From: Azolla caroliniana
Lineage: Eukaryota > Plantae > Polypodiophyta
Reading direction: 5' to 3'
Assembly (NCBI GenBank): GCA_043228905.1
Contig: JBHGNT010000015.1
Span: 4,960,001-5,024,000, forward strand
Length of the DNA: 64,000 nucleotides
Shown here: positions 13,999-26,100 of the stretch, piece after piece
Layout: each line of letters begins with the position of its first letter
Numbering within the stretch: position 1 is the first letter of the stretch
Program-made: the position numbers and the translations under genes
Notes under the pieces: model-generated
Seen by the model: the letters and a program-made list of their open reading frames with translations, nothing else
What the model was told of the DNA's origin: nothing
Databases searched by the model: none

Positions 13999-14063
13999 GG
14001 ATTTTTAGAGTGGACTATTGAAGTGTGGGGCACAAATAGTCCGAGCAATCATAAGTCCCCACA
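13999..14063 (+). promoter_or_regulatory. -1 ribosomal frameshift signal (slippery heptamer plus H-type pseudoknot)
   Basis: G GAT TTT before the PR stop, 6-nt spacer, stem 1 GGACTATT/AATAGTCC, stem 2 TGTGGGG/CCCCACA. The downstream pol ORF is in the -1 frame. Confidence 0.8.
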
Positions 14064-15986
14064 AGGAAGCGAAATAAGTGGATCGCAAGGAGAAGCAACA
14101 TGTGTGACACCTAGTGGTGCATGTAAACTAACACTACTCAACAAGAAGGACAAGCGTCGGATACAAGACTTCGAGAAGGTGCTGAAAGAAGAAAGCATAA
14201 TCTAAGAAGAAGAATTTGTGTCTCATATTCTAGAGGAAGCCTCATTTAACGACACAATTGGCGAAATCGAGGAAGTCGTGGACTTGAGCTATCCTCACGA
14301 TAAACATGTGATTTCGGTTAACTCTATCGACATGTACGCTATCGTCCATGAATATCATCGAGGCATCTTGATGGATGAAGCTGAAGTCAACACAAAATAT
14401 AAAACGGTGGATAAGAAGATCAAACCAGTTGCGGTTCCGCTACCGGAAGATAGCTGGCAAAAGATGAAGGAAGTTGCTAATGATCCAAGCTTAAGGGATC
14501 CAAAGGCAATAGGTCATGTCTTCGCAAAAGAGACAAAAGGAAAGCTACAAGTTGGAAGGGAAGATTTCCTTCTCCCTGAAGAGGAGAGAATGTTCCACGG
14601 AATGCTTCAGAGACATGGGAAAGCCTTTGCCTTCTCTCCAGAAGAGATCGGATGTGCTGACCCGAAGATAATAGAGCTGATGATGATTTTTACGGTGCCG
14701 CATGTACCTTGGAACATCAAGCCGATACCGGTTCCAAGAGCTCACATTCCGAAGTTGATTGAGCTTCTAAAGGAAAATGTTAGGATGGGAATACTTGAGC
14801 CGTCCAATGCTCCCTACTCCAATAAATAATTTACGGTGCCGAAGAAGAATGGTTCCTTACGCTTTATTCAAGATCTCCAACCCGTCAACAAGGTGACGAT
14901 CTGAAATGCCGGAATTGGTCCAAGTGTGGATGAATTTGCCGAAGCCTTCGTGGGAAGATCGATCTATTCCATTGGTGATCTCTACTCAGGCTATGATCAA
15001 TTTCAATTGGCCATCGATAGTAGAGACATAACGACAATGAGGACGCCGATTGGGTTGGTAAGGATGTGCACCTTACCCCAAGGTGCAACAAATTCCGTAG
15101 CCCACATGGTGAATGCCATGAATAAAGTGTTGAGGGATTGCATCCCCGATATCACAATGCCATTCTTAGATGATATTCCAATCAAAGGATGCTTGGTGGA
15201 AGAAAAAGATGAATCGAAAGATGAAGAAGGTTGCCGAAGATTCGTCATCGATCATATAAAGGATAGCGAGAAGGTGTTGCAAAAGCTTGAGGATGCGAAT
15301 CTCACGTTTTTGGGAGAGAAGTCTGCATTCGGTCAACCGGAAATATTGGTGGTAGGACACTGATGTGGGTCTTATGGCCGGAAGCCATCTCCATCCAAGG
15401 TGAACGCTATTCAAGAAATGAAAGAAGAATGTGTGTCTCAAACGGAGGTGCATAGATTCTTGGGAGCATGTGCATTCTATTACATATGGATTCCACATTA
15501 TGCCCATGTCGTTGAACCATTGTATGGACTACTAAAGAAAAGGAAGAAGTTTGAATGGGAAGATGAGCATACCTACGCGATTCAAAAGCTAAAGAAACTA
15601 TCATTGGAAGCTCCAACATTGCACAAAGCCGACTACACTGATGGTACCCCGATATATGTGGCGGTGGATACAAACCCAACCGGAATTGGATGGGTGATAA
15701 ACCAAGAAGACAAAAAAGGAAGTATGCCCAAGTAAAGAGAGAGCTATGGGGAATAGTATCTACGGTTAAAACCGACCGTGACTACCTTATAGGAACAGAG
15801 GTCATAATCGAAACCGACTGTCTACCTATTCTCGGAATGATATCTGGTTGTGCTACACCGGATATTGCTATGCTGCGATGGATTGCCTATATCAAGTCCC
15901 TCAACCCCGAGATTCGGCATATAAATGGGAAGCATAATGTGGTGGCCGATATGTTGTGAAGGGCGAGGTATGAGGGTGAAGAAGAT

Positions 15987-17405
15987 TTGCACTCCAACGA
16001 AGAGGATGTTGGCCTAAACTTCTTTACGGTTTCTTGTGCTCGAGTGCTAGCAGTGTTCAAAGTAGAAGATTATGAGGGTGAATTCATCGAAATTGGCAAA
16101 TACTTAAGCTCTCTTACAAAAGATGAATCATGGTCAAAGGAAGACTTCTACCGAATTAGGAAGAAGGCCTACAAGTTCTTCCTCAAAGAAGGACATCTAT
16201 GGAAGTTTCCGAAGAAGAAGAATGGAACTCCACTTCGAGTGGTGTGCAAGAAACAGGATCAACAAACACTAATTGCTGAATTTCATGATAGTGTGTGGGT
16301 AGGTCATCGTGGTATATGGGCAACATTTGCAAAGCTCAAGGAGAAGTATTGGTGGCCAGGTGTTTACAAAGATGTAGCAAGCTATGTTGAAACATGTGAG
16401 CAATGCCAATTATACTCGAATATTCAACATAGGGATGAACTTCATCCAACATATCCATTATCAATGTACTATAAGTGGTTGGTAGACATAGTGGTTATGC
16501 CAATGGGATTGAGGCAAATGAAATATCTCCTGCTAGCAAGAGAGGATCTCACCAACCAAGTAGAAGGACGGGCGCTAAGGAATAAAACAACTTCGGTGGT
16601 TTGTAAGTTTCTCCTTGAAGATGTTATTTGTCGATATGGATGTGTCGGCAAAATAGTAGCCAATAGGGGAGAATTAGATGTGAATGAAGCTAAAGAGTTC
16701 TTTTCAAGAATAGGCGTCAAATTATCGCTCACCATGGCGTACAACCCGAATGCAAATGGGAAGGTGGAAGGAGGACATAGTCCAATTGTAAAAGCTCTAG
16801 CAAAGGCTTGCGACGGCAAGATGGGGAATTGGCCTCGATTACTACCTTATGCATTCTGGGCAGATAGAACTACACATAGCACGACTACGGGATATATGCC
16901 TGCGGAACTCATATTAGGACAAAAACCAATAATGCCTATTGAGCAAAGTGTTGCTTCGTGGACATCTTTGCCATGGAAAGAGGAAATGAGTCGGGAAGAC
17001 TTGCTAGCCATGAGGATTCAACAACTAGAACGGAGGCCCGAAGATGTCGAATTGGCAATAGAACGGTTGCGCCAAGCTCGATTGAAGAACAAGAAGAATT
17101 TTGATAGAAACCATCGTCTTCGACAAAGAAAAATTGAAGAAGGAGATTGGGTTCTTGTCTATGATAGTAGTCTCGATAATCAATATAGGACTACTCGAAA
17201 GTTCGCGAAACGATGGTTTGGCTTGTATATGGTCAAGAAAATAGAAAGCAATGCAACCTATTTTTTAGCGGAGTTAGATGGAACTCGACTTGCTTTGCTA
17301 ATAGCAGGGAAGAGGATCAAGATCTTTAAGAGAAGAGAAGCCCCAAATCTTGAGATCGAAGCTCTAGATGATGTATCCTCGAGCATCGAGGTTGAAAAAG
17401 AGTAA
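15987..17405 (+). CDS. Gypsy integrase ORF (TE-encoded)
   Basis: 472-aa ORF with HHCC (H..GHRG..C..C), rve core and GPY/F-like tail. Confidence 0.85.
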   Translation: MHSNEEDVGLNFFTVSCARVLAVFKVEDYEGEFIEIGKYLSSLTKDESWSKEDFYRIRKKAYKFFLKEGHLWKFPKKKNGTPLRVVCKKQDQQTLIAEFHDSVWVGHRGIWATFAKLKEKYWWPGVYKDVASYVETCEQCQLYSNIQHRDELHPTYPLSMYYKWLVDIVVMPMGLRQMKYLLLAREDLTNQVEGRALRNKTTSVVCKFLLEDVICRYGCVGKIVANRGELDVNEAKEFFSRIGVKLSLTMAYNPNANGKVEGGHSPIVKALAKACDGKMGNWPRLLPYAFWADRTTHSTTTGYMPAELILGQKPIMPIEQSVASWTSLPWKEEMSREDLLAMRIQQLERRPEDVELAIERLRQARLKNKKNFDRNHRLRQRKIEEGDWVLVYDSSLDNQYRTTRKFAKRWFGLYMVKKIESNATYFLAELDGTRLALLIAGKRIKIFKRREAPNLEIEALDDVSSSIEVEKE

Positions 17406-17664
17406 TTAAAAAAAAGGAACCTCACCACAATTGGCACATACCGGTGGATGTGCAGGTTTGGTGGGGGTGAATGTCGTGTGGTTTTTCACACACAATATGA
17501 AAACGCGTGGACGTTTCGGACGGACGCGTATGTGCAAAGAAGCGTGTGTGTATGTACGTGCGCATGGACGTCTTCGGATGTACGCGCGTGTGCAAGTTTC
17601 GGGCGTACGCGTGAACGTTTTGGACGGACGCGTATGTGCGGAGAAGCGTGTGTGTGCACGCGCG

Positions 17665-18120
17665 CATGCGTGGATGCGTACACTACGGCGCGGTCGAGAC
17701 TTTTGTGCATGGATGCGTACACGGTGCGGGTTGGACGCCCGCACGCGTGGATGCGTACACTACGACTCGGTTGGGACGCGCGCATGCGTGGATGCGTACA
17801 CTACGGCGCGGTCGAGACTTTTGTGCGCGGATGCGTACACGGTGCGGGTTGGACGCCCGTGCGCGTGGATGCGTACACTACGGCGCGGTCGAGACTTTTG
17901 TGCATGGATGCGTACACGGTGCGGGTTGGACGCCCGCACGCGTTGATGCGTACACTACGACTCGGTTGGGACGCGCGCATGCGTGGATGCGTACACTACG
18001 GCGCGGTCGAGACTTTTGTGCGCGGATGCGTACACGGTGCGGGTTGGACACCCGTGCGCGTGGATGCGTACACTATGGCGCGGTTGGAACACGTGCATGC
18101 GTGGATGCGTACACTACTAC
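17665..18120 (+). repeat. GC-rich minisatellite in the 3' LTR (38-41-bp units, 195-bp higher-order period)
   Basis: Twelve copies of core GGATGCGTACAC in the order A-B-C-A-B, A-B-C-A-B, then two variants. Confidence 0.85.
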
Positions 18121-21100
18121 GCGGTCAGGACTTTTGCGCATGGACGTATCTACAGCTTGGTTGCGACGCACGTACGGATTGTGCACGAGCTAAACTTTAT
18201 GGATGATTGTGTCATTTGGCCGAATTATACGGACAATCGCATGCAACCAAAAGCCAAGGCCATGCAACTAAAAGTAAAAGGCATGCATCTAAAAATGGAA
18301 GCATGCAACTAAAAGCAGAGGCCATGCAACTAAAAATAGAGGCCATCCAACTAAAAGTGGGCATGCAAAGTAACATTGGGGAGGAGGATCAACGAGGAGC
18401 TCGATATATGTCCCATTTTTTCCCTCCTAGTTTTTTTTCCCCCTTTTTTTTCTTCTTCCCTCTCGGATTCGAGAAAGAAATTATCTCACATATTGATATC
18501 AAACTCCTAGCTTTGTTGTTGATATCAAACTCCTAAACCTAACCCATTGTAACACGATTCTAAAATTACAAAGAATCGATTTTCTTTTGCAATAAACTAA
18601 TGATTTGTCTCTCCCACTTGTCTTATGCTTAAAGCTTGCTTGTGTTGTACATGTTGCTCTAGATCCTTCTAGTCCAGAACCCCGGCGGTTCCGTCTCACG
18701 ATCCGCACACAGTGACGGATTTTCACGACAACGGGAGATATAATTAAAACAACATGTCCGAAGATCGGAAAATTGTATCCATTAAAGATGATGTATCATT
18801 CGCTAGTTGAAGCATACATAGCTTCAAGCCATCAACAAGATGATCAAATGTTGATATGGCACCATCGGCTAGGCCACGTACATTCCAAATCGATGAAAAC
18901 AATTCAAACACATAAGCTTGTTGAAGGTATACAAGCTAAACCATTTCAGTATTTATCTATTTGTGAAGGATGTATTTATGACAAGGAAAGTAGAAGAAAG
19001 TTCCCTCACCATATTCATCAAATCGTGAGGGCACTCTAAATCATCCATTTCGACTTATGTGGGCCGCTACAAATACCTTCAATAACCAGTAATCGATATT
19101 TCATTACCTTTATTGACGACATCACAAGATTCACCATAATTTACTTCATGAAGAGTAAAGCCGTTGCTTTCAATGCCTTCAAAACCTATAAAGCACTTTC
19201 TGAAAACCAATGTCAATCTCAAATTAAAATAATTAGAACAGATAATGGTGGAGAATATTGTTCAACTGAATGGAAGACATTTTGTAAGACACAAGGAATA
19301 AGACATGAGTTTACAACTTCATACAATCCACAACAAAATGGTGTTGCGGAGCTAGAGAATAGGACGCTATTAGACGCAAGCAGGAGCATGCTTCAAGTGG
19401 CCGGTCTACAAAACAAGTTTTGGCAAGAGGCCATCTCTACGACATGTTATTTACAGAACCGATTTCTGCACAAGGTACTCAGATTGAATACACCTTTTTT
19501 CTTATGGTTTGGAAGGAAACCTAATGTGGGACAATTAAAGATATTTGGTGCAATCGCTTATAGTCATATTTCTCGTAAGTTAAGAAAAAAATTAGACCCC
19601 CATAGTATTAAATGTATAATGGTTGGATATGGCGAATCCGAGGAGATTAAGGGATATAAATTATTTAACCCACAAAATAATAAATTTATATATAGTCGAT
19701 CCGTCATTTTTGACGAATAAGTAGTATCCCTAAAATACCATATAAATTTACAAAATATCCCACTTATACATTATGTAAATAATCATGAATATGGGAAGGA
19801 GCATGTCAATAACATAAGAGAATCATTAGAATTAGAAGAGTTCAAAGACGAAGAGGAGAGCCAAGAGGTACATAAAATCAAGATAATTAAGAATTTACCA
19901 AATAAAAATATAATGCACACATCCACAAGCATAGCACAAGAAGTGGATAGTGATGTTAAAGAGGTTGGTGGTGGCATTATAATAGAAGGCAACATAGAGG
20001 TGGAACATCATAACAATGACGACGGTGATGGCATAGTGGAGCTAAGAGAAAATGAAAGGAATGATACTCCCACTCCTAGCATAAACAACCACTCTTATAG
20101 CTTTTCATCTCCCACCAATTCTTGGCAAAGCCCAACCAAAAATTCTATTTTTTCCCCCACTTTTCTAAATTCAAAATTTTCAAACTCTACCCCTTCAAAA
20201 CAAACTTTTGTAAATTCAAAATTTTCAACTTCTACCCCTTCAAAATCCACCTTTCCACAATCCATTTTCTCAAATCCCTCAAATCAAACCTTAGGATTTC
20301 CACACCAATCAACTCAAGCTTTAGGATCCTCTTCAAAAGATATATCTCAAGGTGACACCACCCTAATTGAAAATATAGTGAGCCCTATACCTATGAAGAA
20401 AAAGAAGTATAGATCCTTAAATGAGATTTATGAGATAACCAATCCTATGGAAGCACTAATGGTGGATTTAGATGAAGAGAATGAATACACTGAAAATCAT
20501 GAACCACAAGCCCCTTTTGACAACATCCACCCATCGGTTAAAGATGCATTACAAAGCCCCGAACGTCTTCAATGGCAAATAGCCATGCAAGCGGAAATTG
20601 ATGCACTAGAAAAGAATGGCACATGGAGTTTAGTGCCTTGACCCAATGGTAAGAATATTATTTCTTGCAAATGGGTAATCACAAAGAAATTTGATTCCAA
20701 TGGAAAGCTGGATAGATTGAAGGCCCACCTAGTTGCAAGAGGATTTACCCAAATCCATGGCATCGATTACAAAGATACTTTTGCACCAACTTTGAAGATG
20801 GTTCCAATGTGCTTAATATTTAGCATTACCGTAGGTCTAAATCTCGAGCTTCATCATATTGACATCGAGACCGCCTTCTTGCATGGAGACCTTGATGAAG
20901 AAATATATATGGAACAACCTCCATACTTTGTAAGCTCAACAATCCCTCATTATGTATGTAAATTACATAAATCATTGTATGGATTAAAACAATCATCTCG
21001 AATGTGGCACCACAAACTTCACACTTATCTTGAAGCTATTGGATTTAGATGCCTTCAAGTCGAGCCAACTTTATACATTCGGAAGGAACACACAAATTTT

Positions 21101-23015
21101 GTTATCATTGGTGTATATGTAGATGATTTGCCAATTGCTTCAAACTCCACCAAATGCATGCAAAAAGTTATCAATCAACTAAAAGAAAAGTTCCCCGTCA
21201 AGGATCTTGGACCAATGGAACACTTCCTCGGCATCAAACTCACACGAAATAGCATGAAGGGTACACTCACTCTATCTCAAAAGAAGTCAGTAGAAGAAAG
21301 CCTCTAGAAATTTGAAATGATGGATTGCAAACCTTTCTCCACGCCAATGACCGTACCTTGTAAATTATCCACAAATGATAGTCTGAAATCAATTGAAGAG
21401 AAGCAAGTCATGGCTTCCCTTTGTTATCGACAAATTCTTGGAAGTGTGAGATACCTTGTAAGTTGTACTCGACCCGACTTATCATATAGTGCCAGTTTCC
21501 TATCTAGATTCATACAAAATCTGGGTATTGCCCATTGGCAAGCCTTGAAACATGTCCTTCGAAATCTACAACATACGAAGGACATATCTCTCACTTACCA
21601 AGGTTTCCAATCATAGAATATGTCCCAACTCAATGGATGGATGCATGGTCCACTTCTAAGTTGGACAAATTCGGATTGGGGGGGGGGGGGGGGGACATCG
21701 ATACCTCCTGATCTACATCAGGAATGGTTTTCACTTTTGCAGGTGGAGCAATCACTTGGTGAACTAAAAGACAATCTTTCGTTGCACTTTCAAGTACCGA
21801 AGCCGAGTATATTGCCACAACCCTTACTGCAAAAGAAGGACTTTGGATAAAGACAATCATTGAAGAACTTGATGTCTTTGAACTAAAAGAAATGATAGTG
21901 TTTTGTGATAATCAATGAACCATAAAACTTGCAACAAATCCGAAGATAACCGATCAAAACAAACATATTCGAGCGCGTCATCATTTTATAAGAGACTTGG
22001 TCAAAGCAAAAGAAATGTCACTCCAATACACTTCAACTACAACCATGTGGGCTGATTTCCTCACTAAACCCGTACCCCAACACAAGCATTGGATATGTTG
22101 TTCGAAGATAGGACTCAAATTAGAGAAACCAAATAAATAGGTTGCTTACATTAAGGAGGGGTGTTAGAATATTAAAATATTAATATTAAAAATAAGATGT
22201 TATTGCAAATAGGAAATATATCATAAATAAAGAAAATAAAACTAACTAATGTAACCACCTATTACGTGACTTTTGTTCACACAACCATTGGTTAGAAAGT
22301 TACCTTCATGTGAGATCTAATGACAATGAACATTCCCATTACAAGCTTCAAATAAAACTAACTAATGTAACCACCTATTACGTGACTTTTGTTCACACAA
22401 CCATTGGTTAGAAAGTTACCTTCATGTGAGATGTAATCACAATGAACATTCCCATTACAAGCTTCCCTATGATCTCCATTGCCTATAAAATGTAACATCT
22501 ACCATGATCACATGTAATTCTTCTTTCTTCATAATATATTAAGTCATATGTATCCACTTGTTATTCTTTGTTAGATAGTGCTTTAAATTCCTACAGGATC
22601 CAGCGATTTCGACAAGGTCGCGATGGGGAATATCATGGCAAAATAATTATTCATGTAATGAAATCGCATCTATAGAATGGAATCGAACCAAATCGATCGA
22701 ATGAAATTGGTGGTTTGTTCTTCTTCTTGACTGATTCTGCAAGATGGGAGCAAACGTCTATGGGCCTATGTAGTTGGAGTTTACTGGCTCACCATAATCA
22801 CGATGCATCGGCTCTGGAAGACCTACAAGAATGTGGTGCATCTGAGAAGCGTGGATCAATCGAATCCTGAGAAGGTAAAACCAGAGCAATACGTTGTTCT
22901 GGTGAGGGACTCTCTCTTCCAAAGCCAAGAAAGTCTATCAAGAAGAAGAAGATCTATCCAATCGCACACTGCCTCCTCCTCCTCCTCCTCCTCCTCCTCC
23001 TTCTTCTTCAGATTC

Positions 23016-23055
23016 TGTAAATGTGAGTGTTTGCGGAAGCGTAAAACAGAGAACA

Positions 23056-23117
<62 letters not shown>

Positions 23118-26100
23118 ACGTAATTTCAAAATTATATCAAGACTCAATGCACACTGTGCTAAGTAGCACTATTTATACAAGTCCTCTTGGGACTGACAGA
23201 AGTACCATGTACTTCAATGCTCACACGAGCATCTGACACTTACTACGAGACTATAGATACCTAGTAGTCTATCCTATTCTAGGCTTCCGATTGGACTGCC
23301 GGTTACGGATTGCACCCGGCCTGCACTGCTTGCCGGTTCGGTTGCTCACCGTCATACCGATCCGTTTCGCCCGATCCGTCTCGCTTACCGGCTCCGGCTT
23401 ATTCAACCGATCCGGCTCCGGTTGAGCTTGCCGCTCAACACTTCCCCTCAAGCTCAACCTGAGGTGGGGTCGTAGTGTCGACCTCTGTGGCAGTCGGTTC
23501 TTTCAACCGACTCCTCCTGGCGTCACTCCGCCTTGCTCGCGCTCCTCGTCCGGTCCAGTCCCGTTTGCCGCGACCCCTTTGGTTCTGCGCGCCTCGACCC
23601 TCTCAGTCGGCATGTCTGCTCAATAGGCCCATCTCAGCACTCACGTTGTTGTGACTCCGGCGCTTGCCGATCCGTCGGTTCTCCGATGATGGCATCGACT
23701 TCCGCTGTGTCCGTGTCCCCTTGATCTTCAGTCGATCCGACTCTTCCGGATCCATCTGTTGATCCGAGTCAGCTGTCTCCGACTCGTTCCAGCTCTTGTC
23801 CGAATCGGTACACTCCGATTCGACTTCCGGCTTCAGGCCTCTCACCACATCGGACCACTTCCGAGTCTTGGCCTTCTCCATGCTTCCCTCGGCTTCTTCA
23901 GCCGGTGAACCGAAATCAAATTCTTCATTCGACTCCGCCTCATGGTCAGTACCGGTAGAGACTTTGCCCTTGCTTCTCCCTCTCAAGTGCGGCACGTCGA
24001 GATGCTGAATACCAAGCATGTCGGTAAAGTGCTGCAACTTGTCCGATCCGAGCGGTTTGGTGAAGATGTCGGCAACTTGCCGATCCGTATGAACATACCG
24101 TAGGTCAACTTCACCGCTCAGGACCCGCTCACGTACGAAGTGGTAGTGCACCTCGATGTGCTTTGTGCGAGCATGGAACACAGGGTTCCTGGCGAGCTGC
24201 AGGCTGCTCATGTTATCGCAGTAAATCGGGATCGGGGTCAGCACCTCAATCCGCAAGTCTCGCAGCAGTCGCCGAAGCCAGATGGCTACACAAGTGGCAA
24301 CGGTAGCGGCCTGGTACTCAGCCTCAGTGCTTGACAAAGCCACTGTGGGCTGCTTCTTGTTGCTCCATGCAACGGCCGCGCTACCTATGGAGAACATGTA
24401 TCCGGAAGTGGAGCGGCGATCAGACGCATCGCCGGCCCAGTCAGCATTTGTGTAACCGACAAGCTCTTCGAGTATACCTCGTCGGTATAGCAGACCCCGG
24501 TCTTTAGTGCCGCTGACATACCGTAATATTCGTTGCGCGCACTAAAGGTGCTCCACGGTCGGCTTCTGCATGAACTGACTTACCATGCCGACCGGATAGC
24601 TGATGTCGGGTTGGGTGATGGTTAAGTAGATCAGGCCTCCGACAACCTATCAGAACCGTTTCTCATTGCAGGCCAATCCGGAGTTGGGACGGAGCTTCTG
24701 GTTCCGGTCCGGAGTTGGGACGGAGCTTCTGGTTCTGGTCCAGGGGTGTGGAGACAGGTCGGCAATCCGTTATGCCGAACTTATACAGCATATTCAACAC
24801 GTAATGTCGTTGTGAGAGCAATATGCCGTCGGGGGTCCGGATCACTTCGATCCCAAGAAAATAATGAAGGTTCCCCAGGTCCTTCATTTCGAATGCGTCT
24901 GACAACTGGGACTTGACGCGGTTGATTTCGGGAAGACATGGTCCGGTGATGACTAAATCATCCACATACAAGAGTATACATACCGGACCGTCAGAGCCTT
25001 GCCGGATGAACAGCGAAGAGTCCGACTTAGAGACAACAAACCCCAGCTTACGCAACCGGTGCGTGATCTTCGCGTTCCAAGCTTGGGGGCCTTGCTTCAA
25101 GCCGTAAAGCGACTTCTTCAATCGGCATACCGCCGACTTGTTCATCTCCGATTGAAATCCGGGGGGCTGAGTCATAAAGACTTCTTCTTCAAGCTCTCCT
25201 TGAAGGAAGGCGTTCTTCACATCCATCTAGTGAAGATGCCACCCCCTTGCCGAAGCAACCGCCAGTACCACACAAACCGTCGTCATCTTCGCCACAGGAG
25301 CGAAGGTCTCGTCGTAGTCGATTCTGTGGGTCTGTGCGTAGCCCTTCGCCACTAACCGGGCTTTGTACCGGTTAACAGAACCGTCGGCGTTGTACTTGAC
25401 CTTGTACACCCACTTGCATCCGATCGGTTTACAGTGACGGGGAGGATCAACTAGGTCCCAAGTTTCGTTGGCATCGAGTGCCCGCACTTCTTCGTCCATA
25501 GTGGCACGCCAATTCGCGTCCTTTGCCGCTTTTGCGTAGCTCTCCGGCTCATGCACTTCTGTCACCTTAGTCATGTACGCATAATGATGCGCCATGTATT
25601 CATTGTACCCGTACCACATGATGGGATCCTTCTGGCGGGTTGATCGGCGCAACGCACCATCACCTGATTTGAGGCCCTTCTTGGCCAGTTCGGTCTTCGT
25701 TGCCGAAGATTTGCCTTTCTCCTTTCGGGAGTCGGATACGCACCGATCCGACTCATCATTACCGGTTTCGAATTCCAGCATCTTCCTCTCCCCCTTCTCT
25801 TTGCGCGTGAACCGTTTCCTTGGTTCCTTGGCGGGGAGAGCACGACAGAGTCTCCACCACTTGTCGTCTCTTCATCTGACTGATCCAACCGACTCAGTCG
25901 CTCCTTCGGTCCACTCAACCGCAACGATTCCGGACTCTCATCTTGAGTCCCGGCTTGATCATCCTCTTCCAAGGCTGATTCAGGCTCACTGGCCTGATCT
26001 TCCGGCATTCGGTCGGGATCGGAAGTCGGACTCGATACGGAGTACCAAGATGCCGATTCATCGAACTCGACATCCTGGCTAACTCGGGCTTCCTTCGTCC

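Larger units (their letters stand above)
10646..18730 (+). mobile_element. Full-length degenerate non-chromovirus Ty3/gypsy element (Phygy/Selgy-like), nested in copia
   Basis: LTRs 10646-11767 and 17472-18730; 4-bp TSD ACGG, whose removal restores the host frame CCT ACG GGA GAT; PPT 17461-17471. Domain order gag, PR (LIDHGSE), RT (FLDD), RH, INT (15987-17405); no chromodomain. Lineage name is an inference. Confidence 0.93.
9030..22595 (+). mobile_element. AT-rich Ty1/copia LTR retrotransposon inserted in exon 2 of the ERD4 pseudogene
   Basis: LTRs 9030-9333 and 22162-22595, TSD GGATC, PBS TGGTATCAGAGC 9334-9345, PPT AAGGAGGGG 22153-22161. Motifs CRYCNKTGH, WYFDTGAT, WHHRLGH, RTDNGGEY, VYVDDL. 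Confidence 0.95.

Noticed and set aside
17431-18312. CRISPR-like array, or long Arg/Cys-rich ORFs
   Set aside because: The units are near-identical tandem repeats without unique spacers, inside an LTR. The ORFs are by-products of a stop-poor repeat.
21678-21694. G17 tract as a functional G-quadruplex
   Set aside because: It is a homopolymer expansion within the RNase H DWGGD codons, most likely slippage or sequencing error.
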